Assembly: GCA_035711465.1 (NCBI GenBank) | Contig: DASTCC010000256.1 | Span: 1 to 55,401, forward strand | Direction: 5' to 3' | DNA length: 55,401 nucleotides | Source: Vicinamibacterales bacterium | GTDB lineage: Bacteria; Acidobacteriota; Vicinamibacteria; Vicinamibacterales; SCN-69-37 | Shown here: positions 26,806 through 34,456 of the stretch, piece by piece | How the letters are laid out: the number at the start of each line of letters is the position of its first letter | Numbering within the stretch: the first letter of the stretch is position 1 | Program-made: the position numbers and the translations under genes | The notes under the pieces: model-generated | Told to the model about the DNA's origin: nothing | The model's database searches: none | Seen by the model: the letters and a program-made list of their open reading frames with translations, nothing else

Positions 26806-28041
26806 TCGAAGGCGGATCGCGATCGATTCGGCATGGGCTTCGAGTCCCTCCGCTTTCGCGAGCGCAATCGCTGCCGGTCCGATCGCGCGCAGGCCGCGTT
26901 CGCCGATCGTCTGGACGGTGAAGGTTCTCACGAAGTCCGAGGTGCTCAAGCCGCCGCGCGTTCGGGCGGCGCCGCCGGTTGGCAGGACGTGATTCGAGCC
27001 GGTGGCGTAGTCGCCGGCGGCCTGCGCGCTCCAGCGGCCCCTGAAGATCGTGCCCGCGGTCGTGAACTGATCCGGATCGAATGGCGCATCGCAAACCAGA
27101 TGCTCCGGTGCCAGACGGTTGACGATCTCGACGGCTTCGCCGCGGGTTCGCGCGATGACGATGGCGCCGTGCTTCGCCAGCGACGCACGGGCCGGTCCCG
27201 CCGCGAGCCTCATGGCGCCGATGGCTGACGAGACGCCGGCGGCGAGGCGCGATGATGTCGTCACGAACACGGCGCGCGCCTGGGGATCGTGTTCGGCCTG
27301 AGCGACGAGATCGATCGCGATCCAGTCTGCCCGTCCGCGATTGGCGCAGACGACGATCTCGCTGGGCCCGGCGGGCAGATCGATGGCGCAGTCGCTTGCG
27401 ACCAGCGCCTTCGCGGCTGTCACCCAGACGTTGCCAGGTCCGGCGATCTTGTCGACCCTGGCGATCGACGTCGTCCCGTAGGCGAGCGCCGCGATCGCCT
27501 GCGCGCCGCCGATGCGAAGCACGCGCGACACGCCGGCCTCGACGGCCGCGCAGAGCACCTCCGGCGCCGGACGCGGACAGGCGACGACGATGTCGCCGAC
27601 ACCGGCAACGGCCGCGGGAACTGCCGTCATCAACACCGTTGACGGCAGCGGATGCCGGCCGCCAGGCACGTAGCAGCCGACCCGGCCGAATGGCCGGACG
27701 CGCTGCTCGATGCGGACGCCGTCGGCGGTGTCGACGGCAAAGCTGCGCGGCAGCTGACGTTCGGCGACCGTGCGAACGGCACGCGCCGCCTTCCGAATCG
27801 CGCGTCGGACCTCTGGCGACGTTCGACGCCAGCCCTCGTCCATCGCTCGCCGCGTGACGTCGAATGGCGGCTTGACGTCGTCGAGCTCTCGCATCCATCG
27901 CGTCAGCGCGCGGTCGCCGCGGCGCCGGACGTCGGCGACGATCCGCGCGGCTTTCAAAGCGACTTCGCGGTCGCGGGCGCGGTCGCGCGCGAACAGCCGC
28001 TCCAGCGCCCGCCGGTTGGTCGTTCGGACGATGCGCATCAC
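26794..28041 (-). CDS. hisD: Histidinol dehydrogenase (HisD)
   Basis: 415 aa. [49 protein letters not shown] motifs. The GTG 28041 / ATG 28038 starts overlap the hisG stop. Confidence 0.9.
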   Translation of the reverse strand: MMRIVRTTNRRALERLFARDRARDREVALKAARIVADVRRRGDRALTRWMRELDDVKPPFDVTRRAMDEGWRRTSPEVRRAIRKAARAVRTVAERQLPRSFAVDTADGVRIEQRVRPFGRVGCYVPGGRHPLPSTVLMTAVPAAVAGVGDIVVACPRPAPEVLCAAVEAGVSRVLRIGGAQAIAALAYGTTSIARVDKIAGPGNVWVTAAKALVASDCAIDLPAGPSEIVVCANRGRADWIAIDLVAQAEHDPQARAVFVTTSSRLAAGVSSAIGAMRLAAGPARASLAKHGAIVIARTRGEAVEIVNRLAPEHLVCDAPFDPDQFTTAGTIFRGRWSAQAAGDYATGSNHVLPTGGAARTRGGLSTSDFVRTFTVQTIGERGLRAIGPAAIALAKAEGLEAHAESIAIRLRPEF

Positions 28042-28925
28042 AGCACGACCTTGTTGAGCGGGTACTCGACGATGCCCTGGGCGCCGGCGTGCTTGAGCCG
28101 CGGGATCAGATCGCGCACGGTCCGCTCGTCGACGATGGTGTTGACGGCGACCCAGCCGGCGTCGCCGAGCGGCGACACCGTCGGCCGCTTCAGTGCCGGC
28201 AGGAGCGCGAGCACGCTGCCAAGGCCGACCCTATCGACGTTCAGCATCAGTCCGACGCGCCCGTGCGCCTCGATCGCCGCCTGCAGCAAGAGCGCGAGAC
28301 TGTCGATCTTGGCGCGCTTCCACGGATCCCGGACGGCGGCCGGATTGGCGATCAGCTGCGTGCTCGATTCGAGGACGGTATCGATGATGCGCAGCCGATT
28401 GGCGCGCAGCGATGATCCGGTTTCGGTGACCTCGACGATCGCGTCCGCGAGCACCGGCGGCTTTACTTCGGTCGCGCCCCAGGAGAATTCGACGCTGACC
28501 GGAATCCGTCGCGCGGCGAAGTACGCCTCGGTGGCGCGCACGAGCTCGGTGGCGACGGTCCGGCCCGCCAGGTCCTCAGGCCGCTGCCACGGCGAGTCAT
28601 CCGGCACCGCGAGCACCCAGCGCACGCGACCGTAACTCTGCTTGGCGTAGACGAGATCGGCGACGGGCTCGACTCCAGAGACGCCGTCGTTGGCGGCGGC
28701 GTGCTCGGCGATCCAGTCCTGACCCGTGAGGCCCGCGTCGAGGACGCCGTCGGCGACGTAGCGGGTCATCTCCTGCGCCCGGATCAGCATGCATTCGATC
28801 TCGGGATCGTCGATGCCGGGGTAATACGAACGCGAGCTGGCGAACACGGTGAACCCGGCGCGCGCGAAGAGCTGAACCGTCGCGTCCTGCAGCGATCCCT
28901 TGGGCAGCCCGAGTTTGAGCTTCAT
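28038..28925 (-). CDS. hisG: ATP phosphoribosyltransferase, long form (HisG)
   Basis: Start ATG 28925: [25 protein letters not shown]..., [15 protein letters not shown]. About 295 aa, which implies a C-terminal regulatory domain. ATGA overlap with hisI. Confidence 0.9.
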   Translation of the reverse strand: MKLKLGLPKGSLQDATVQLFARAGFTVFASSRSYYPGIDDPEIECMLIRAQEMTRYVADGVLDAGLTGQDWIAEHAAANDGVSGVEPVADLVYAKQSYGRVRWVLAVPDDSPWQRPEDLAGRTVATELVRATEAYFAARRIPVSVEFSWGATEVKPPVLADAIVEVTETGSSLRANRLRIIDTVLESSTQLIANPAAVRDPWKRAKIDSLALLLQAAIEAHGRVGLMLNVDRVGLGSVLALLPALKRPTVSPLGDAGWVAVNTIVDERTVRDLIPRLKHAGAQGIVEYPLNKVVL

Positions 28926-29236
28926 AGCGCCGCCCGCCCGTCGAAGCAGGTGACCGTGCCGTTGTGGCAGGCGAGGCCGTCGCCTTCGCGCCGCACCCGG
29001 ACCAGCACGGTGTCCTCGTCGCAATCGGGCGTGATCGACACCACGGCGAGCCGGTTGCCCGAGGTCTCGCCTTTGGTCCAGAGGCGATCGCGCGACCGTG
29101 AGTAGAACGTCGCGTAGCCGCTGGCACGCGTGACTGCCAGCGCTTCGGCGTTCATGAAGCCGACCATCAGGACGAGGTTGCAGTCCGCGTCCTGGATGAC
29201 GGCGGGGATGAGCCCGTTCAGCTTCGAGAAGTCCAT
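28922..29236 (-). CDS. hisI: Phosphoribosyl-AMP cyclohydrolase (monofunctional HisI)
   Basis: 104 aa. [49 protein letters not shown] = HisI zinc/cyclohydrolase motifs. No HisE extension. Confidence 0.9.
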   Translation of the reverse strand: MDFSKLNGLIPAVIQDADCNLVLMVGFMNAEALAVTRASGYATFYSRSRDRLWTKGETSGNRLAVVSITPDCDEDTVLVRVRREGDGLACHNGTVTCFDGRAAL

Positions 29237-29271
29237 GTCCGTCCTTCGCCCGGACGGGATCGAGCAGGGTA

Positions 29272-29300
29272 CAAACGAAAACCCCGCCGATCCGGCGGGG
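29272..29300 (-). terminator. Intrinsic terminator of the his attenuator
   Basis: Minus strand CCCCGCCG-GAU-CGGCGGGG (29300..29282) followed directly by UUUUCGUUUG (29281..29272). Lies 36 nt upstream of the hisI ATG. Confidence 0.7.
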
Positions 29301-29333
29301 CTGCGAAAGTCGATCAGAGTTCGACGACGACGT

Positions 29334-29402
29334 TCAGGCGCAGCGCCACCGGGCGGTCGAATGACCGTGATGATGGTGGCGGTGGTGCGCGCGCGGGAAC
29401 AT
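29334..29402 (-). CDS. his operon leader peptide, 22 aa, 7 His codons
   Basis: Own translation of the minus strand: ATG TTC CCG CGC GCG CAC CAC CGC CAC CAT CAT CAC GGT CAT TCG ACC GCC CGG TGG CGC TGC GCC TGA = MFPRAHHRHHHHGHSTARWRCA. Too short for the ORF track. Confidence 0.7.
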   Translation of the reverse strand: MFPRAHHRHHHHGHSTARWRCA

Positions 29403-29412
29403 CAGGACAACG

Positions 29413-29442
29413 ACGTTACGCAACCACGTCGTCGAGTGTCAA
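29413..29442 (-). promoter_or_regulatory. Candidate his promoter
   Basis: Minus strand TTGACA (29442..29437), 18-nt spacer, TAACGT (29418..29413), 10 nt before the leader ATG. No SD, which implies a very short or absent 5' UTR. Confidence 0.4.
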
Positions 29443-29464
29443 GTCCGCGTATCGCGCCGACGAC

Positions 29465-32146
29465 TCACTCCGCAGCACGAAGCGCGTCTGTAGGGTGGAT
29501 CCGCAGCGCCCTGCGAATCGGTACCGTGCAGGCCACGGCGCTGACGATCATCACCATGATCGCGCTTGCGGCGATGAGACTGGCGAGCGACAGCGTGATG
29601 TGACCCTCGGAAAGCAGCGGCAGCATCGTGATGGCAGCGGCGCCAATCACGGCGCCGATCGCGACCCGCCGCATCGGTGTTCGCAGGATCTCCGACAGCA
29701 GCCGGCGCCGGTCCGCACCGAGCGCGACGCGGATGCCGATCTCCCGCGTGCGCCGCGAGACCGTGAACGACACGACGGCGTAGATGCCGGTCAGCGCCAG
29801 CAGCAGCAGCAAGCCGATGACCCCGAGAGAGAAGCGGAACCAGAACGCATAGAAGCGTGATTCGGTCCGGACGAGATCGCCAAGGGTCGAGAAGCCGGAG
29901 AGCCGCAGCGACGGATCGACGCGCGCGGCAATCGCGCGCACTCTGGCGGCGATCGTCCCGCTCCCTCCGGCCGCGTGCACGATCAGCCGGGCCGGCTGCG
30001 TCCCGGGCACGAGCGGCGTGTAGATGCCGGCGCGCTCGCGCAGACCGGGATCGGCGGTCATCGTCAGATCGGTGACGACGCCGACGATCTCTCGCCATGG
30101 CTCCGGCGCTTGTTCGTCAGACGTCGACGGCGTCGAGGCTTTGAATCGCAGTCGTCGCCCGATTGCCGGTGCGCCGCCCAGCACCTCGGCTACGAACGAC
30201 TGGTTGACGACGATGACTGTGGCGTCGGGGCGCGTCTCGGCCGGGTGAAAGTCGCGTCCCGCCACCATCTTCGCGCCGAGTACCTGAAAAAAGCCGGGAG
30301 ATACCGTTGCCACCTGCGGTCGATGCCCGAGCGCCAGACGCGACGGCTGCGTAGGGCCGTCGACTTCGATCCACCGTCGGGGAACGTAGGCGCCTGGCGG
30401 ATCGCCGAACGTCGCCGATCGAATGGCGCCATCGACGCGGAGCTCCTCGAGCAGCGTCGCGCTCGACGATTCGAACCGTCCGCGGTTGGCGGCCGTCGCG
30501 TCGTCGGGAGTCGATGCGCCCGCGGCTGTCGCGCCGTGCAGCGCGACAGCCGCGGCCACGTACTCGTCGCCAGCCGCGCCGAGATCGAAGCGCGAGAATC
30601 CCCAGGTCTCCCGGCCAACGGAGACGACGATCGGCACGCACGCGACGGTGAGCGCGACCTGAGCGACGATGACGCCGGTCCAGATGCCGCCGAAACGCAC
30701 GGTGGATACGCCCGGCGCGCCGATCTTCCAGCGCGCCGCCCCGCCCGTCACGCGGAACGCCGGCCATGCGCCGGCGACCAGTGCGACCAGGCCCGCCAGT
30801 CCAACCGCATAGACCGCGGTCCACGGCGACAAGCTCATGTGCATCCAGAACGGCCACCGCTCGATGCCGAGGCCGACCTCGACGAGACGAAAGACCCAAC
30901 GCATCCCAACGGAGGCCAGGCCCAGGCCCGCCGCGGCGCAGACCAGCGCCAGCAGCATCGTCTCGACGAACAGCTGACTGACGATGCGTCCGCGGCTGGC
31001 GCCGAGCGCGGTGCGCATCGCGAGCTCCGCCTCGCGGCTCACAGTCCGCGCGAACATCAGCAGCGCCACGTTCGATGCCACGAACACCAGGAACAGCACC
31101 GCGGCGACATTGGTCGAACCGAACGCCAGTCGCGCGACGACGGGCGCGTCGATCATCGCCCTCGCGTACGGCAGCACGGTCGGCACCACACGCGCATGGG
31201 TGTCGGGGAAGTCGCGTGCCGTCCGCGCGCCGAGCGCCGTAACCTCGGCCTGCGCGCTCGCCAGCGTCGCGCCAGAGGCCAGACGACCGAACACGAAACC
31301 TGACGGAGGCCCGCCACGCCGGCCCAGTTCGGACGCAGTGAATCGAAGCGGCACCCACGCGTCGTGCGCGACCGGAAACAGGAATCCCTCCGGCATCACG
31401 CCGACGATGGTCACCGGCCGCGCATCCAGGTACGCGGTGCGGCCGATCACGTCCACGGCGCCGCCGAAGCGCTGCTGCCAGACGTGGAAGCCGATCACCG
31501 CGACGTCCGGTCCGCCGACGACCTCGTCGGAGGCGACGAGCGTGCGTCCGATGCGCGCCGAAGCCTGCACCGTGGCGAATGCGGCGGCGCTCGTCTCCGC
31601 CACTTCGATCGGCTCGCTTTGCTGGTCGGCGGTGATCAGATTGCGCGTCTGCGATCGAAAGGCGCCAACGTGCTCGACCGATCGCAGCTGCGTCCGCCAC
31701 GTCTCCAGATCCCAGGCGGTGTGCGTCACGTTACGGCCGGTCTCGGTGTTCCAGAGCCGGAATCCGACGATCCGGTCGCCGCCGGCGATCGGCAGCGACG
31801 GCGACAGCACCTGTGAGACCACTTCGAACGTCAGCGCGCCAACGGCGATGGCGAATCCGAGCGCCAGGCTGGCAACGAGCGACAGGCCCGGATAACGAAG
31901 CATCAGCCGCATGCCGAGCCGAACGTCGAGCCACGACAGTTGCAGCCGAGGACGCGGCAAGCGCAAGCGCGCGAGCGCGAACGCCATGTCCAACCCCTCG
32001 ACCGTCGTCAGCCACCACGCAGCGAGGCGTCCCCGCTGCTGGACGCGGCGGCCGTGCGCCTCTTCGAGATCGCCGAGGACGTCGTGAACCCGGTCACGAG
32101 GCGCGAGCCCGCTGAGCAGGGCGGCAATCAGGCGAGGCGGCTTCAT
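29465..32146 (-). CDS. ADOP-family duplicated FtsX/MacB-type permease with N-terminal permease-prefix domain
   Basis: 893 aa. Two MacB_PCD+FtsX halves. C-terminal ...RRALRIHPTDALRAAE. N-terminal cytoplasmic prefix (DVLGDLEEAH). ATGA overlap with the padR stop. Confidence 0.9.
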   Translation of the reverse strand: MKPPRLIAALLSGLAPRDRVHDVLGDLEEAHGRRVQQRGRLAAWWLTTVEGLDMAFALARLRLPRPRLQLSWLDVRLGMRLMLRYPGLSLVASLALGFAIAVGALTFEVVSQVLSPSLPIAGGDRIVGFRLWNTETGRNVTHTAWDLETWRTQLRSVEHVGAFRSQTRNLITADQQSEPIEVAETSAAAFATVQASARIGRTLVASDEVVGGPDVAVIGFHVWQQRFGGAVDVIGRTAYLDARPVTIVGVMPEGFLFPVAHDAWVPLRFTASELGRRGGPPSGFVFGRLASGATLASAQAEVTALGARTARDFPDTHARVVPTVLPYARAMIDAPVVARLAFGSTNVAAVLFLVFVASNVALLMFARTVSREAELAMRTALGASRGRIVSQLFVETMLLALVCAAAGLGLASVGMRWVFRLVEVGLGIERWPFWMHMSLSPWTAVYAVGLAGLVALVAGAWPAFRVTGGAARWKIGAPGVSTVRFGGIWTGVIVAQVALTVACVPIVVSVGRETWGFSRFDLGAAGDEYVAAAVALHGATAAGASTPDDATAANRGRFESSSATLLEELRVDGAIRSATFGDPPGAYVPRRWIEVDGPTQPSRLALGHRPQVATVSPGFFQVLGAKMVAGRDFHPAETRPDATVIVVNQSFVAEVLGGAPAIGRRLRFKASTPSTSDEQAPEPWREIVGVVTDLTMTADPGLRERAGIYTPLVPGTQPARLIVHAAGGSGTIAARVRAIAARVDPSLRLSGFSTLGDLVRTESRFYAFWFRFSLGVIGLLLLLALTGIYAVVSFTVSRRTREIGIRVALGADRRRLLSEILRTPMRRVAIGAVIGAAAITMLPLLSEGHITLSLASLIAASAIMVMIVSAVACTVPIRRALRIHPTDALRAAE

Positions 32147-32490
32147 CTCGTGCCTCCGGTCAGGCCTTTCACGCGCCCCGCCATCGCCTGAATCGCGCGC
32201 GTCGTCGCCCGCACGGCCTCGACGCCGGCGGGTTCGACGACGACCAGCCGGCGCGGCCGCCCGCCCCGCTCCGGCCGCGCGTCGCCAAGCCGCGTCGAGA
32301 TCAGTTTCTTGCTCTCGAGACGCTGCAGCGTCGTAAACACGTTCGCCCGCCTGACGGAGCGCCCGGTGCGCTCGGCGATGTCGTCGGCAATCGAAACCGT
32401 GTAAGCCTCATCAGGCCCAAGATGAAGCGCCGCAAGCAACACCAGGAGCTCGAACTCGGCGAGCGACTCCGCCCGGGTCTTTTTAGTCAC
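32143..32490 (-). CDS. PadR-family transcriptional regulator (ADOP-associated type)
   Basis: 115 aa, GTG start. EFELLVLLAALHLGPDEAYTVSIADDIAERTGRSVRRANVFTTLQRLESKKLISTRLGD...GGRPRR = PadR winged helix. Confidence 0.9.
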   Translation of the reverse strand: MTKKTRAESLAEFELLVLLAALHLGPDEAYTVSIADDIAERTGRSVRRANVFTTLQRLESKKLISTRLGDARPERGGRPRRLVVVEPAGVEAVRATTRAIQAMAGRVKGLTGGTR

Positions 32491-32525
32491 GATGTGACTA
32501 TATTGACCCGCCGCCGCCCCGTCAA
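32484..32525 (-). promoter_or_regulatory. padR promoter (TTGACG-N17-TATAGT) plus 17-bp palindrome centred at the start codon
   Basis: Minus strand TTGACG (32525..32520), 17-nt spacer, TATAGT (32502..32497), 6 nt, GTG (32490). Palindrome TAGTCAC-GAT-GTGACTA (32484..32500) overlaps the -10 box and the start codon. Confidence 0.5.
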
Positions 32526-32621
32526 CCGTCGTTACCCGGGTACCCGCGTCACCCGTCGTAACCCGCCGTCACCCGCGGTTACCAGCCGTAACCCGTCGTT
32601 ACCTGTCGTAACCCGTCGTTA
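32519..32621 (-). repeat. About ten imperfect tandem copies of 10-nt unit GGGT[TGA]ACGAC (second array)
   Basis: Plus strand ...CGTCAACCGTCGTTACCCGGGTACCCGCGTCACCCGTCGTAACCCGCCGTCACCCGCGGTTACCAGCCGTAACCCGTCGTTACCTGTCGTAACCCGTCGTTA. The last unit contains the ggt TAA stop (32619..32621). The first unit contributes the padR -35 box. Confidence 0.85.
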
Positions 32622-34340
32622 CCTGCCACCAGGTTTGGCAGCTTTAGACGTCGGATCCCTGGGATCCGCGACACCGAACGCGGTGCCCGTGATCGGATGC
32701 ATCCAGATCGTCTGCGCGGATCCCTGGCTGCCCTGGGCGCGCGCGTCGTGGCCGAGCGCCTTCAGCGCCGCCAGCACTTCGTCGGAGACGCCGTTGGTCT
32801 CGATCGTCAGTCGATCCGGCAGCCACTGATGGTGCATGCGCGGCGCGTCCACCGCTTCGCGGCCGGTCCGTTCCCAGGCGGTGACGTACAGCACGACGGT
32901 GAGCACGGTGTTGATGATCGTCCGTCCGCCGGGCGAACCGGTGATCAGGACCGGCTTGCCGTTGCGCGCGACGATGGTCGGCGTCATCGAGCTCAGCATG
33001 CGCTTGCCGGGCGCGATCACGTTCGGCGGCGTGCCGATGTCGCCGGTCTCATTGGTCGTGCCCGGCTTCTTGTTGAAGTCGCCCATCTCGTTGTTGAGCA
33101 GGATGCCGGTGCCGGCGACGACGACGTGCGAGCCGTAGCCCCCTTCGAGCGTGTAGGTGTTGGCCACCGCCATGCCGTCCTTGTCGATGACCGAGAAATG
33201 CGTCGTCTCGTCGGACTCGGCCGGCAGCGCCGCCGAAAGGATGTCGTTGCCGAGCACGCGGCTGAGCGACGCGCGTTTCATGTCGATCGAGCGCGCCACG
33301 TCCCGGGCGTGCGCCTTCGACGTCAGCTTCTCGATCGGCACCTGCACGAAATCGGGATCGCCGAGGAACCGCGCGCGGTCGAGATAGGCGCGGCGCATCG
33401 CTTCGGTGGTGAGGTGCAGCGCTTCGACCGAGCCAGGCTTCCGCTTCTGGATGTTCTGTGACTCGAGGATGTTGAGCATCTCGATCAGCGCGACGCCGCC
33501 CGAGCTCGGCGGCGGCATCGAGATGATCTCGTAGCCGTTGAACGTGCCCTTGACCGGCGCGCGTTCCTTCGCCTCGTAGGCGGCCAGATCGTCCTTGGTG
33601 ATCAAGCCGCCGTTGGCGGCCATGTCGGCCGCGATGCGATCGGCGATCCATCCTGTGTAGAACGCGTCGGGGCCGTCGTTGGCGATCGAGGTCAGGCTCT
33701 TCGCGAGATCGGCGAGGACGATGCGATCGCCGGCTGCCCACTGTCCGCCGCCCGGCTTGCCGTAAGCGGCCACCGACGCGGGAAACGGCTGCATCCGCCG
33801 CAGCTCGTTGTTGAGACTTCGCGCCAGGGTCTCCGACATCGTGAAGCCGTTCGCCGCGAGCTGCGCGGCCGGCAGGACGATGTCTTTCCATGGCAGCTTG
33901 CCGAGCTTCGAATGCGCGAGCGCCATGCCGCGCACGGTGCCCGGCACTCCGGGCGCGAGATAGCCGGCGGCCGTGAGGCTGCGATCGATCTCGCCGTCCT
34001 TGCCGAGGTACATCGTCGGCGTCGCCTTGCCCGGCGCGCGCTCGCGATAGTCGAATGTCGTCGCCGTGCCGTCGGGCCGGCGGACGATCATGAAGCCGCC
34101 GCCGCCGAGGTTGCCGGCGGTCGGGTGAGTGACGGCCATCGCGAACGCGGTGGCGACCGCGGCGTCGACGGCGTTCCCGCCTTTGGCGAGGACGTCGGCG
34201 CCGAGATCCGCGGCGACATCCGACGCCGATACGACGAGTCCGTCGCGCGAGCTGACGCCAAGGTCGGCAGGAACGAGCTGAGTGATCGCGCCGGCCGGCG
34301 CGATCGCCAGAAATGCGAGCAATAACGCGAGAACTCTCAT
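32619..34340 (-). CDS. ggt: Gamma-glutamyltransferase
   Basis: Start ATG 34340 (MRVLALLLAFLAIAPAGA signal). GGNAVDAAVA, NLGGGGFM, autoprocessing site ESDETTHFSVIDKDGMAV, GSPGGRTIINTV. Confidence 0.9.
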   Translation of the reverse strand: MRVLALLLAFLAIAPAGAITQLVPADLGVSSRDGLVVSASDVAADLGADVLAKGGNAVDAAVATAFAMAVTHPTAGNLGGGGFMIVRRPDGTATTFDYRERAPGKATPTMYLGKDGEIDRSLTAAGYLAPGVPGTVRGMALAHSKLGKLPWKDIVLPAAQLAANGFTMSETLARSLNNELRRMQPFPASVAAYGKPGGGQWAAGDRIVLADLAKSLTSIANDGPDAFYTGWIADRIAADMAANGGLITKDDLAAYEAKERAPVKGTFNGYEIISMPPPSSGGVALIEMLNILESQNIQKRKPGSVEALHLTTEAMRRAYLDRARFLGDPDFVQVPIEKLTSKAHARDVARSIDMKRASLSRVLGNDILSAALPAESDETTHFSVIDKDGMAVANTYTLEGGYGSHVVVAGTGILLNNEMGDFNKKPGTTNETGDIGTPPNVIAPGKRMLSSMTPTIVARNGKPVLITGSPGGRTIINTVLTVVLYVTAWERTGREAVDAPRMHHQWLPDRLTIETNGVSDEVLAALKALGHDARAQGSQGSAQTIWMHPITGTAFGVADPRDPTSKAAKPGGR

Positions 34341-34456
34341 CGCGGTCACCCCAGGTGTGCCGGGAAGCTTAGCACTCGTCGCGCCCGGCCGGTGCGTCGG
34401 TTCGGACACACGCTCTGCTACCATTTGCCCATTCGGTCCTACCCCTGGAGGTTTCC

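Noticed and set aside
29130-29603. 157-aa plus-strand ORF covering the his leader region
   Set aside because: It spans the hisI start, an intrinsic terminator and the ADOP 3' end on the opposite strand. Its MMVAVV stretch is simply the antisense of the His-codon run.
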